Source: an uncultured bacterium (GTDB taxonomy: Bacteria > Planctomycetota > UBA1135 > GCA-002686595). Taken from it: DNA of 64,000 nt. Positions 14,901 to 24,261 of the stretch are shown here, one piece after another; position 1 is the stretch's first letter; each line of letters begins with the position of its first letter. Location of the stretch: contig CALSNU010000001.1 in the NCBI GenBank assembly GCA_943787795.1, forward strand, positions 192,001-256,000, in the 5' to 3' direction. The notes under the pieces are model-generated. The model searched no databases. It saw nothing but the letters and a program-made list of their open reading frames with translations, and was not told the DNA's origin. The translations under genes were made by a program, and so were the position numbers.

Positions 14901-15161
14901 CGCTCCGGCGCGCTCCAGGGGGAGTTCCGGCCCACGGACCAGATGGTCGCCGTGGCCGCCGAGCTCTCCGCCGCCATCGAGGGGGCCCTGGAGCGGCTCG
15001 CCCCCGTGCTCGACGTCGAGCTGCGGGAGATCGACGCCGCGGCGCGGGCGCTCGGGACCCCGCTGCTGCGGCTGCCCGAGGTTGAATCCGATGTCGAGCC
15101 GGTCGCGGAGCCGGCCAAGGAGCCGGCCGAGGAATCCGCCGCGGAGATCGACGAGGACTGA
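11943..15161 (+). CDS. Secreted BNR/Asp-box (sortilin/Vps10-like) glycoside-hydrolase-like protein
   Basis: Signal peptide; many S/TxDGGxTW Asp-boxes; REIGPYRGGRS N-terminus; ATQGRGFWILD. Confidence 0.85.
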   Translation: MLLSLACALSLSAAPVAIQGGSSPAELLEGLSFREIGPYRGGRSAAVCGLDGDPDTYYMGAAGGGVWKTTDGGEGWDNVSDGFFGGSIGAVAVSEWDPNVVYAGGGEKTVRGNVGHGDGVWRSDDAGKTWRMIGLADSHHISRIRIHPRDPDTAWVAVMGHLYGPHPTRGVYRTTDGGETWDELLFVSDDVGCVDLALDPSNPRVMFATFWRIRRTPYSLSSGGEGSSIWRSTDGGDTWADISANEGLPEGTIGIAGVSVSGADPEVVYAIIEAEEGGVFRSSDGGDTWKRTNSERKLRQRAWYYSRLVADPADEDTVYVMNVGFHRSTDGGKTFERISTPHGDNHDLWIAPSDPARMIESNDGGANVSVDGGASWTDQDMQPTSQMYRVSVDTAFPYRLLGGQQDNSAVRIRSRSLDGGSIGVRDWEPTAGGESGHIAAHPADPDIVFGGSYGGYLTMRNHRTGQRRNVTVWPDNPMGAGAEGMRYRFQWNFPLFFSPHGDLDVAPGEEGSPALYAASNVLFRSTDLGQSWKQISPDLTRNDPARLVSSGGPITKDNTGVEYYCTIFAAFEHPLQKGILWCGSDDGRVHVSVDDGASWEDVTPGALPEWTQVNDLIPDPFTSGGAYLVGTRYKLDDFRPYLYHTTDFGRTWRDLSGGIEGDHFVRAIEADPERRGLLFAGTERGLYVSFEDGKSWDSLQLDLPVVPITDLAMAQGDLVVATQGRGFWILDELTPLRQLDIKSHAGATVLYAPMDTTRAMGGRGRGGDPAGTNPAFGMTIDYRLATDTKDVELTIKDYDGGVVRTFMPKGEGSGGEFAAERSDVLPTGAGFHRFTWNLRATGAESFDDMILWNGGLGGPKVPPGQYRVELTVDGETAGVSALVLADPRSDATGMDLVAQYRFARSTGELLTRAHTAIRDLRAAREDLERLGGRLPEGEGAEALEARIDAALEVMGAVEEELYQTKNRSRQDPLNFPIRLTDKLAGVRSGALQGEFRPTDQMVAVAAELSAAIEGALERLAPVLDVELREIDAAARALGTPLLRLPEVESDVEPVAEPAKEPAEESAAEIDED

Positions 15162-15227
15162 GGTCTCCCCGGAGGGCCCGCGGCCCACTCCTTTGGGCGA
15201 CCTGCGGCCTGTTCGAGCAAGGAGCCG

Positions 15228-15425
15228 CGCCAAGCAAGGCACTCAGCGGAGCAGAGAGCCCAGCGGAGCAGAGAGCCCAGCGGAGCAAAGAGCCCAGCGG
15301 AGTGGGGACTTCAGCCGCGCAGTGAGTTCTGCCAAGCAGTGAGCTCAGCCGTGCGGTGAGCTCCGCCGAGGGGTGAACTCTGCCGAGGGGTGAACTCTGC
15401 CGAGCGGTGAGCTCAGTCGAGCACG
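15228..15425. repeat. Degenerate 17-bp tandem array (about 11 units) between convergent genes
   Basis: Units begin at 15244, 15261, 15278, 15295, 15312 ... 15414; sequence drifts from CAGCGGAGCAGAGAGCC to CTGCCGAGGGGTGAACT. Confidence 0.85.
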
Positions 15426-16790
15426 GAGTAGCGCAGGACGATCCTGCGGACCCGGTTGGGGTCGCTCGCAGGGAGCACCAGAACGCTCGGCTCGCGCTCC
15501 ATGGTCAAGGTTCCGCTGCCGCCCGGAAGCTGGGCGAGGACCACGGGGAGCGTGACCGACCCCACGCGGGTGGAGCTGAAGGTGGGGCTGGTGTCGTACA
15601 CGGTGAGCTCGACGGTGGCGTCGCCCCGCGCGGTCACCTCGAGCACGTTGCCCGGCGGCGGGGCCAGATTGTCTTCGAACACGAGGAAGGGAGCCGTCGC
15701 GCCTCCGCCTGTCTCGGCCACGTCCTCACCGTCGGCGCTGGCCCGCACTTCGAAGTCCGGCTCCGAGCCGTCACCGGACCACGCGGACCCCCCGGCCGCA
15801 GGATCGCAGGCGACCTCCAGCAGCACGAGGCGCACCGTGCGCTGGTTCCGGCGCAGGGCGACCTCGCGGTCCTCGAGGCGCTTGCGCAGGAAGGCTGAGT
15901 CCGAGTGGTCAGGGTCGAGGGACTCGAGTTGGGTCAGCAGCCCGGCGGCCTCGGCCAGCCTGTCCCCGTCCAGGGACCCCACGATGGCCTGTACCAGCTC
16001 GCTCGGAGTGGCGCCTGAGTCGGTGCTCCCCGAGGTCCGATCGGGTGTGAGCCCGGGCTGGAAGAGGCTCCGGGTGTAGCGCACCACGAGGTTCGTCACG
16101 GGCGCATCGGGGTCCTCGAACTCCACGATGCCGCCGGTGAGGTGGGGGAGGGCCGAGACCTCCACGGGCCCGAACACGACCTCGGGTCCGCTGATCAGGC
16201 CGCCGGGTTCCACCAGCTCGAGGGTCACGCCCAGATCGAAGGAGGTCCGGACCGTGAAGACGTTGGCGCGCCGGGCGCCGCTCGCCCGTGAGAACGACGG
16301 CACCAGCAGTCCCGACGAGTGGACGACCTCTCCGCCGATGCGGACCCGCGCGAAGACGGCGTCGAGCTCGGTCTCGAAGGACTCGATACGGAAGGCCATG
16401 GGGCGCAGGGCGGCCCGGTGAGCGGCCACTCGCAGCTGGATCCGCTGCGCGAGGTCGGCGGCCGGTACGGAGTCGCCGTGCTGAGCCCGCAGCTCCTCCA
16501 CCCGGAGCGCGGCCTCCTCGATGAGGCCGCGGTCAAGCGCCTCCTCGGCGGCCAAGAGTCCGGCGGCCACCGGGTCCTCCGGCATGGCGATCGGTGGAGT
16601 GTCCGGCTCCGCGCTGGCGCCGGCTTCGTCCTGGGCGGGCTGAGCGCCTCCTGACCACACCCGGTAGGCGAGCAGCCCCAGAACCGCGATCGCACCGAGG
16701 ACCGCCGCCGTCCACCTCAGGTGAGGCTTCTGCGGCCCGTCGTGCTGGGGAGCCGGGTCTCCGTCGGTGGGATCCTCGGGGGGCGGACAT
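15413..16790 (-). CDS. Membrane-anchored protein with helical and C2-like domains; start apparently frameshifted at a G6 run
   Basis: The 15413-16660 frame extends upstream through a TM helix (WTAAVLGAIAVLGLLAY) without an ATG; the ATG at 16790 is 1 nt out of frame across G16778-16783. Confidence 0.55.
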
Positions 16791-16867
16791 GGAGAGGACT
16801 GTCCCGTGGCGCAGGGCCGGGCGCAAGGGGGAGCCTGACGGTTCCCGCCGTCGTACCATCAAGGGCG

Positions 16868-18040
16868 ATGAACGAGCCGTCGGGAACCGCAGACGTCGCG
16901 ATCGCAGCCGCGCGCATCCACACCCTCGGGCCCGAGGGGACGGTCGATGACCACGCCGTCCTCGTCGCAGGGGGCCGTATCCTCGACGTGGTCCCGCGCG
17001 CGGAGATCCCCGCGGGGGTCCCCGTGCTGGACCAGGGCGACGTGGACCTCGCGCCCGGCTTCGTGGACGTGCAGGTCAACGGCGGCGGCGGCGTGCTCTT
17101 CAACGACACGCCCGACGTGGACACGCTCCGGACCATCGCCGCGGCCCACGGCCGCTTCGGGACCACCTCGTTGCTCCCGACCTTCATCACCGACTCACGC
17201 GAGAAGATGGTCGCGGCGCGGGCGGCCGTGGAGCAGGCCCGCGAGGAGGGCGTCCCGGGGATCCTCGGCGTGCACTTCGAGGGGCCGTTCCTGGACCCAA
17301 GGAAGACCGGCGCCCACGACCGCGGCTTCGTGCGAGGGGCGGACGAGGGCGACCTCGAGGCGATCCTCGGCGGGGCTCCTGGCGTGGTCCTGGTGACCGC
17401 CGCGGCCTGCGCCCTGGTTGGCGGGACGCTGGCCAGGCTCCTGGGCGGCGGGGCCCGAGTCGCGCTCGGCCACTGCGCCTCCACCTATGAGGAGGCGAAG
17501 GCCGCCTTCGACGGCGGGGTCACCGGCGTCACGCACCTCTTCAACGCCATGAGCCCCATGGAGAGCCGCGCGCCCGGGCTGGTGGGCGCGGCGCTCGCGA
17601 CCCCAGGGGTGACGAGCGGGGTGATCGCGGACGGCGTCCACGTGGAATTCGGTGCGCTCCGGGCCGCGTGGCGGGCGGCGGGGCCCTCGGGCCTCATGCT
17701 GGTCACCGATGCGGTGCAGCCGGTCGGGGTTGACCTCGAGGAGTTCGAGCTCGGCGGGCAGCGTGTGCGCCTCGACGGGCTGCGCTGCGTCAACGAGGAG
17801 GGCAACCTCGCGGGCTCCGCCCTGGACATGGCGACGGCCGTTCGCAACTGCGTGCGGGGTGCTGAGATTCCGCTTGAGGACGCGCTCCACATGGCGTCGT
17901 CCACGCCGGCTCGCTTCCTCGGCCTGGAGGAAGAGCTCGGCGCGCTGCGCCCGGGGATGCGAGCGGACCTGGTCGCCCTCGACCATGAGCTGCACGCGAC
18001 GAACGTCTTCATGGGCGGGCAGCCGATCACCGGGACCTAG
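16868..18040 (+). CDS. nagA: N-acetylglucosamine-6-phosphate deacetylase
   Basis: PGFVDVQVNGGGG, GVHFEGPF, THLFNAM, IADGVHV, LVTDA, LAGSAL. Confidence 0.93.
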   Translation: MNEPSGTADVAIAAARIHTLGPEGTVDDHAVLVAGGRILDVVPRAEIPAGVPVLDQGDVDLAPGFVDVQVNGGGGVLFNDTPDVDTLRTIAAAHGRFGTTSLLPTFITDSREKMVAARAAVEQAREEGVPGILGVHFEGPFLDPRKTGAHDRGFVRGADEGDLEAILGGAPGVVLVTAAACALVGGTLARLLGGGARVALGHCASTYEEAKAAFDGGVTGVTHLFNAMSPMESRAPGLVGAALATPGVTSGVIADGVHVEFGALRAAWRAAGPSGLMLVTDAVQPVGVDLEEFELGGQRVRLDGLRCVNEEGNLAGSALDMATAVRNCVRGAEIPLEDALHMASSTPARFLGLEEELGALRPGMRADLVALDHELHATNVFMGGQPITGT

Positions 18041-18067
18041 CCCAGGGCGAGGCCACTCCACCAGAAC

Positions 18068-18109
18068 GCGAAAGGCCGCGCTCCTCGTTCGAGGAGCGCG
18101 GCCTTTCGC
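18068..18109. terminator. Probable bidirectional terminator between convergent nagA and the RRM gene
   Basis: GCGAAAGGCCGCGCTCCTC-GTTC-GAGGAGCGCGGCCTTTCGC, a 19-bp perfect stem. Confidence 0.75.
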
Positions 18110-18140
18110 TTCGCAGCTGATCCGAAGATCAGCGGCGGGA

Positions 18141-18407
18141 CTAGTCGCGGCGCGGGGCGCGCTCGCGGGCCTCGCTGATGCGGATGGGACGGCCGTCGAC
18201 CATCTCACCGTCCATGGTGCCCATGGCGTTCTGGGCTGCGTTGTCGTCAGACAGTTCGACGAAGCCGAAGCCGCGGGGGCGGCCGGTCTCGCGGTCCATC
18301 ACAATGTGGACGTCGTTGACGGGGTGGCCGCTGGACTCAAAGGCCTGGCGGAGGGTGTCGTTGGTCGTATCCCAGGAGAGATTGCCGACAAAGAGGCGTG
18401 AGCTCAT
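18141..18407 (-). CDS. RNA-recognition-motif (RRM) RNA-binding protein
   Basis: RNP-2 LFVGNL and RNP-1 RGFGFVE; 88 aa from ATG at 18407. Confidence 0.93.
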   Translation of the reverse strand: MSSRLFVGNLSWDTTNDTLRQAFESSGHPVNDVHIVMDRETGRPRGFGFVELSDDNAAQNAMGTMDGEMVDGRPIRISEARERAPRRD

Positions 18408-19142
18408 CAGAGTTTCAAGTTCGAGTGACACTCGCGGACCGATTGATTCTCTGACAGTAGCTCTCGTGATCGGCGCGGGCGAGCGGAAGGTTCCAGCTCG
18501 GCCCCGACCACGCGTGCTGCGTGAGGGACGGTTCGGACAAGAGTCGAATGCGCCGGAGGCGCGGGTGATGCCGTCCCCGTCGAAGACCAAAGGTCTCAGA
18601 GGTTCGGGCGGAATTAATGGGCCCGGGGGGAGGCGAACCTGCTCCCGAGGGCCCAGATCGTCCGCGACGGGTCGCCCCAGCGCAAGCAAGACCCGTTCAA
18701 TGCCGGACGGCCGCTTCGCAGCATGAAGATGCGTTGACCCCCTCTCCCAGGTCCCTGACGCCGGCTGGGCCCTGATGGAAGAGGGGCCTGAGAGGAGAGC
18801 GGGCCGGGGCCAGGGGCCCCTCGGCCGGTCCGAGGGTGCTCCCGAGGGGGATCGATCGCGATGCCCTTCATGCCACGGCGGTGGGTCCAGTCCGCGAGGC
18901 CTCTCTCCCGCTGCGCAGCGCTGGAGCGCGCGGGGCTCCCCGTCGAGCCCCCCCTCGAGCCCCTGCGTTGGCTCCCTCCTTGTCTCTGCATCCAGGCGGG
19001 CCAGGAGAGGGGCGGATGCCGCATGGGATGGTCTCAGATGATGGAAGTGGACGTGAAGAGGCGGGGCGCGCTCCCCGGGCAGGGAGGCCAACCTGCAGAC
19101 TGGGTCCACTGCCTCCTCCCGTTGCCGTTCAAGTCACAAGCC

Positions 19143-20753
19143 ATGCTCTCGCTCCTCCTCCTCTCGCTCGCGCAAGCTCCTGCGCCCTGCCTTCCCTCGG
19201 AGATCCTCCCGGCCTCCGGGACGGCCAGTCCCAGCTTCGGTGAGATCATGGCGGTGGACGGGGACCGGCTGATGGTCGCGGCGGACTCCGGCGGCGGGAG
19301 CCTCGACGTCATCAAGGTCTTCGAGCGCGACGCGGTTGGAGGAGGATGGTCGGAAGTTCAGGAGGTCGCCCTGACGCCCTCGCAGGGATCGCACGTGACG
19401 GACCTCGACCTCGATGGTGATCGGGCGGTTGTGGTGGCGGCTGACATGGGCTTGCTCGTCTACAAGAGCTGGGGCCTGGAGCGGGACCCTGCCAGCGGGC
19501 TCTGGGGATGGGGCCTGGAGATCGAAGGCTCCCAGATAGCGGGGCAGCTCAGGGCCTCGGTATTTGCAGACGACGTCGCTGTGGGGTCAGCTGTGTTGTC
19601 AGCGGGCCGGGTTCGCTGCTATCGCAGGGATCCGGCGGGCTGGCAGCTCTTCAAGACCATTCCGGTTGGCGGCCAGGTGAGGGAGATAGACCTGAGCCTG
19701 CGCTTCCTCGTGATCTCTACGGGGTCCACCACGGTGACGAACGACCTCTACGCCTACACCCGTATCCCGGGCCCGGACCTGCTGCCGCCCATCCTCGTGA
19801 ATTCGTCATCCAGAGGGCCCTTCGGCGTGGATGACGACCGGATCATCACGAGGTTTGGCGGCGTGGTCCGTCACTTCTCCGCCAACGCCGCCGGGGACGG
19901 CTGGTTCGCGGCCCAGACCATCTCCCCGCCGGGGGGCTACTCCTTCGCACCTCCGCCGGGAGCACCGCTGAGCCTTGATGCCGGTAGTGGGGTCTTCGTG
20001 CTGAACGGGACCCAGGGGGTGACGGGTCAGGCGGTCTTCACCTACCGCCGAAATCAGTTCGGGATCTACGAACTGGATTCGATCCTCCAGCCGACTACCC
20101 CGCCGGTTCCCCCCTTCGACGGTGACTCGCTGGGACGCAGCATCGCCGTGGGTCGGAACCACGTGATCCTCGGGAGCGTGGGCGCGTTGGGAGAGGGCCG
20201 CCTGGCGGCCCGCGCCCTGAGCTCGAACGACTGCGATCAGAACGGCCTCGGCGACTCCTGCGACCTGATCCTGGGGCAGGGCTTCGACGTGAACCAAAAC
20301 AACACGCTCGATGGGTGCGAGGAGACCGGGGTGCGCTATTGCAGCCCGGCGACGGCCAACTCCTCGGGGGAGGTGGCGCGCATCGGGATCTTCGGTCCGC
20401 CGACGACGGCGCTGTTCTCCATCAACTTCTACGCGGAGGGGCTGCCCGATGGGGGGCTCGGGGCCTTCATGGCGTCCCGCGGGAACCAGGTGGTGACGAA
20501 CCCGCTGTACACGGGGAACTTCTGCCTGGGCGGAGCCCCGACGTACCGGAACCTGGGCGGCCGGCAGTTCATCACCGAGACCGGCCGGGCGCGGGTGCTG
20601 CTGAACCGGCCGTTCGTCCCCGATGGCCTCGGCGGTCTCCTGCCGATCCTCCCCGGGGAGACCTGGTACTTCCAGTATTGGTTCTACGACCCCGGTGCCA
20701 CGCCGAGCACGGGGTTCTCCGACGCGCTGGGCGTGACGTTCACGCTGTTCTAG
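19143..20753 (+). CDS. Secreted FG-GAP-like propeller protein with conserved C-terminal domain
   Basis: Signal peptide; FG...AVDGD repeats; DCDQNG..DSCD; C-terminal YCSPATANSSG...GETWYFQYWFYD...FSDALGVTF. Confidence 0.7.
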   Translation: MLSLLLLSLAQAPAPCLPSEILPASGTASPSFGEIMAVDGDRLMVAADSGGGSLDVIKVFERDAVGGGWSEVQEVALTPSQGSHVTDLDLDGDRAVVVAADMGLLVYKSWGLERDPASGLWGWGLEIEGSQIAGQLRASVFADDVAVGSAVLSAGRVRCYRRDPAGWQLFKTIPVGGQVREIDLSLRFLVISTGSTTVTNDLYAYTRIPGPDLLPPILVNSSSRGPFGVDDDRIITRFGGVVRHFSANAAGDGWFAAQTISPPGGYSFAPPPGAPLSLDAGSGVFVLNGTQGVTGQAVFTYRRNQFGIYELDSILQPTTPPVPPFDGDSLGRSIAVGRNHVILGSVGALGEGRLAARALSSNDCDQNGLGDSCDLILGQGFDVNQNNTLDGCEETGVRYCSPATANSSGEVARIGIFGPPTTALFSINFYAEGLPDGGLGAFMASRGNQVVTNPLYTGNFCLGGAPTYRNLGGRQFITETGRARVLLNRPFVPDGLGGLLPILPGETWYFQYWFYDPGATPSTGFSDALGVTFTLF

Positions 20754-20957
20754 GGGGGCCGCTGTCGCAGACGGTCGCAGCGAGTGCGGCGGGCCGTCGC
20801 GATGGCGGATCCCGATGACGGAAATCGAACGGGCGGAGGGGCCAGAGAGCCGACCTCAGGCCGCAGGGGCGAGTGATTTGGGCCCATACTGGGGGGCAGG
20901 GCGAGGAGCCACCGCAGGCTGCGTCCACGCCCGCACCCGTCACGAACAACCAGGGCC

Positions 20958-22247
20958 ATGATCTCGACCCCCGAACACGACTTCGACGCCATCGTCATCG
21001 GCGGCGGCCCGGCGGGCTGCGCCGCGGCGACCGTGCTGGCCAAGAAGGGCCGCCGGGTGGCGGTTCTCGAGAAGCAGCCGCGCCGGCGCTACAGCGTCGG
21101 TGAGTCGCTGATCCCCTTCTGCTATGACGCGCTCGAGCGCATGGGGCTCGCGGGGGCCCTCGAGAAGCAGCGCTTCTCCTTCCCGAAGCACAGCGTCCAG
21201 TTCGCGAGCCAGGAGGGGAAGGTCAGCCGGTCCTTCTACTTCTTCCAGCACACCGACCACCCCCGCGCCAAGACCTGGCAGGTGGTGCGCTCGGAGTTCG
21301 ACAAGCTCCTCCGGGACAACGCCGAGGAGAGCGGCGTGCAGTTCTTCGAGCAGACCCGCGCCCGGGAGCTGATCTTCGGGGACCGCTGCGAGGTCCAGGG
21401 TGTGCGGGCCAACGACCCCGCGGGCTACGAGCTGACCTTCAAGGCGCCCGTGACCATCGACGCCACCGGCCGGGACACGTTCTCCCAGAGCCGGCTCGGC
21501 TGGCGTGTGCCGGACAAGAAGCTCCGGAAGATGGCCATCTGGACCTATTTCGAGGGCGCCACCCGGGACGAGGGCTACGACGAGGGCACCACGACCATCG
21601 CGTACCTGCCCAACAAGGGCTGGTTCTGGAACATCCCGCTGCCCGACGATCGGGTCTCGGTGGGGCTGGTCGCGGACAAGGACTACCTCTTCGGCGAGAC
21701 CAAGGACCTGGAGACGATCTTTAGCCGTGAGGTGGAGAAGCAGGACTGGCTCCGCGGACGGCTCGAGGACGCCCGCCGCACCGATGAGTTCCGCGTCACC
21801 TCCGATTTCTCGTACCGCTCGAAGCACTGCGCCAGCGACGGGCTCGTTCTGATCGGCGACGCCTTCTCCTTCCTCGACCCGGTGTTCTCCTCGGGCGTCT
21901 ACTTCGCCCTGACCAGCGGCGTGCTCGCCGCGGACGCGGTGGACGACGCGCTGACCGCTGGGGACACCTCGGCGGGCCGCTTCGCCGAGTATGGCGAGGC
22001 GTTCAAGAAGCAGATGGAGCCCATGCGGAAGCTGGTCTACGCCTTCTATGACGACCACTTCAGCTTCGGTAAGTTCCTGAAGGAGCACCCCGACCTGCGT
22101 CCCCAGGTGACCGACGTCCTGATCGGCGACCTGGAGAAGGACTACGACGACTTCTTCGAGGTCATGGGGAAGTTCGCGGACCTGCCCGAGCCCCTCCCGC
22201 ACGGGGAGCCCATCGGGGCGGACACAACGCACTCCGAACACGCCTAG
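20958..22247 (+). CDS. FAD-dependent halogenase-like / geranylgeranyl-reductase-superfamily oxidoreductase
   Basis: GGGPAG FAD motif, GESL, WFWNIP (WxWxIP), GDAFSFLDPVFSSGV. Confidence 0.8.
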   Translation: MISTPEHDFDAIVIGGGPAGCAAATVLAKKGRRVAVLEKQPRRRYSVGESLIPFCYDALERMGLAGALEKQRFSFPKHSVQFASQEGKVSRSFYFFQHTDHPRAKTWQVVRSEFDKLLRDNAEESGVQFFEQTRARELIFGDRCEVQGVRANDPAGYELTFKAPVTIDATGRDTFSQSRLGWRVPDKKLRKMAIWTYFEGATRDEGYDEGTTTIAYLPNKGWFWNIPLPDDRVSVGLVADKDYLFGETKDLETIFSREVEKQDWLRGRLEDARRTDEFRVTSDFSYRSKHCASDGLVLIGDAFSFLDPVFSSGVYFALTSGVLAADAVDDALTAGDTSAGRFAEYGEAFKKQMEPMRKLVYAFYDDHFSFGKFLKEHPDLRPQVTDVLIGDLEKDYDDFFEVMGKFADLPEPLPHGEPIGADTTHSEHA

Positions 22248-22301
22248 TCCCGGGGCCGATGACCGCGTTCGGGCGGCGGACCCTAGACTCTTGGGCCGCC
22301 C

Positions 22302-22793
22302 ATGTGCCCCTCCGACGTCTTCCTCCCCTTCGAGCGCGCGCGCTTCAAGACGCGCCTCCCGCGCGGGCACTTCTACACCGCCGGACACATGTGGCTTCAC
22401 CAGGCCGAGCCGGACCTGTGGCACGTGGGGCTGACCCGCTTCGCCCTGCGGATGCTCGGTGAGCCGGTGGACCTGGATTTCGAGATGGCCCTGGAGACCG
22501 AGGTCGAGAAGGGCGACGTGGTGGGCTGGCTGGAGGGCTTCAAGGCGGTGACGGATCTCTACAGCCCCATCGACGGCAGGTTCGCCGGCGCGAACCCCGC
22601 CCTCGACGAGGGCCTCGACGCGGTCCACCGCTCCTCCTACCAGCGCGGCTGGCTCTTCGCCCTGCGGGGCAAGGTGGACGAGGACTGCGTGGACGCCGAG
22701 GGCTACGCGGCGGTCCTCGAGGCGGCCATCGACAAGGTGCTCGGGGAGCAGCCCGAGCTCGCCGAGGCCGAGGAGGGTGCGAGCCATGGCTGA
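22302..22793 (+). CDS. Glycine-cleavage H-protein-like lipoyl carrier (orphan)
   Basis: YT.GHMW, VGLT.FA...LGE, LEGFKAVTDLYSPIDG (lipoyl-Lys position kept), Y.RGWLF. Confidence 0.8.
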   Translation: MCPSDVFLPFERARFKTRLPRGHFYTAGHMWLHQAEPDLWHVGLTRFALRMLGEPVDLDFEMALETEVEKGDVVGWLEGFKAVTDLYSPIDGRFAGANPALDEGLDAVHRSSYQRGWLFALRGKVDEDCVDAEGYAAVLEAAIDKVLGEQPELAEAEEGASHG

Positions 22794-23919
22794 GGACACC
22801 CGCGCCACCTACGTCATGATCGGCGGCTTCCTCGGGGCGGGGAAGACCACCGCCGTGGCCCGCATGGGGGCGGCGCTCACCGAGCGCGGCCTCAAGGTCG
22901 GGCTCATCACCAACGATCAGAGCTCCGGCCTCGTGGACACCTCCATCCTGCGCAGCCGCGGCTTCGCCGTGGAGGAGATCGCGGGGGGGTGCTTCTGCTG
23001 CCGCTTTGGGTCCCTGGCCGAGGCCGCCGAGCGGCTCGAGGCCAACGAGCGCCCCGACGTGTTTCTCGCGGAGCCGGTGGGGAGCTGCACGGACCTGGTG
23101 GCCACGGTGAGCTACCCGCTGCGCCGGATCTACGGCGACCGCTTCCGGGTCGCGCCGCTCTCGGTGCTCGTGGACCCCCAGCGCGCGCGGCGGGTCCTGG
23201 GGCTCGCGGCGGGGCGACGTTTCTCGGAGAAGGTGACCTACGTCTTCGAGAAGCAGCTCGAGGAGGCGGCCCTGATCGTCATCAACAAGGTGGACACCCT
23301 GGGGTCCGAGGAGCTGACGGAGCTTGAGGCGGCCCTGGCCGCGCGCTTCCCCGGTGCGAGGGTCCTCTCGGTCTCCGCGGAGCACGGGCGGGGGACGGAG
23401 GGATGGTTCGACCAGATCCTGGCCGAGGAGGCGGAGCCCCAGCCGACCATGGAGCTGGACTACACGACCTATGCCGAAGGCGAGGCCTTGCTGGGCTGGC
23501 TCAACCTCACGGCCCGGCTGTCTACTGATGGCGAGCCGGTGGACGCGAACCAGCTGCTCCTCGACCTCGCTGCGCGGATCCAGCGCGCCGCGGGCGAGCA
23601 AGACGCGGAGATCGCTCACCTCAAGGCGACCCTCGACGCGGGCGACGCGTCGGGGCGGCTGGCAGCCCTGTCGGTGACCTCCGGCGACGGAGAGGTGGAC
23701 CTGCGGGAGGCGCTGGTCGACGGCGTGCGCGCCGGCGAGCTCATCGTCAACCTCCGAGCGGAGGGCGATCCGGCGATCCTCAGGGCCATGGTGCTGGCGG
23801 CCCTCGAGACCGAAGCGGCCGCGCGTCCGGGCTGCACCCTTGAAGTGGAGCACGAGGAGCACTTCCGGCCCGCGCCGCCCGAGCCCACACACCGCGACGA
23901 GATCCGAGGGAGCGCCTGA
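22786..23919 (+). CDS. CobW/COG0523 G3E metallochaperone GTPase
   Basis: GGFLGAGKTT, GGCFCC (CxCC), EPVG, NKVD; SD AGGAGG upstream. Confidence 0.85.
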   Translation: MAEDTRATYVMIGGFLGAGKTTAVARMGAALTERGLKVGLITNDQSSGLVDTSILRSRGFAVEEIAGGCFCCRFGSLAEAAERLEANERPDVFLAEPVGSCTDLVATVSYPLRRIYGDRFRVAPLSVLVDPQRARRVLGLAAGRRFSEKVTYVFEKQLEEAALIVINKVDTLGSEELTELEAALAARFPGARVLSVSAEHGRGTEGWFDQILAEEAEPQPTMELDYTTYAEGEALLGWLNLTARLSTDGEPVDANQLLLDLAARIQRAAGEQDAEIAHLKATLDAGDASGRLAALSVTSGDGEVDLREALVDGVRAGELIVNLRAEGDPAILRAMVLAALETEAAARPGCTLEVEHEEHFRPAPPEPTHRDEIRGSA

Positions 23920-23922
23920 CCC

Positions 23923-24261
23923 ATGAGCCGCCGCATCGTCCACTGCCACTGCGTCTACTCGAAGGTGGTCCCCGCCGACGTGAAGGCCGCCGTCCTCGAG
24001 CGCCTCGCGGGCTCGGACGCGGACTTCGAGGCGGTCCCCGACCTGTGCGAGATGTCAGCGGGCAAGGACCCGGCGCTGGCGCGCTTCGCCGGGGACGGCG
24101 AGGTGGAGATCGTGGCCTGCTTCCCGCGCGCCGTTCGATGGCTCTTCCACTCTGCGGGTCACGATCTGGCTGCGGAGGCTAGCATCCACAACATGCGATC
24201 ATCGACGGCTGACGAGGTCTGCGGGGCCCTGGGCCTTCCGGACGGGGAGAGCGCCTCTTGA
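23923..24261 (+). CDS. Small Cys-rich protein resembling the HdrA N-terminal domain
   Basis: CHC...DLCE...VACFPRA spacing. Confidence 0.55.
   Translation: MSRRIVHCHCVYSKVVPADVKAAVLERLAGSDADFEAVPDLCEMSAGKDPALARFAGDGEVEIVACFPRAVRWLFHSAGHDLAAEASIHNMRSSTADEVCGALGLPDGESAS

Noticed and set aside
15228..15425. Possible CRISPR array
   Set aside because: Units are contiguous 17-mers with no unique spacers, and there are no cas genes
18408..19142. ncRNA in the roughly 730-bp divergent intergenic region
   Set aside because: No recognisable RNA family by eye; a covariance-model (Rfam/Infernal) search would be needed
22302..22793. Glycine cleavage operon
   Set aside because: No gcvT, gcvP or lpd nearby
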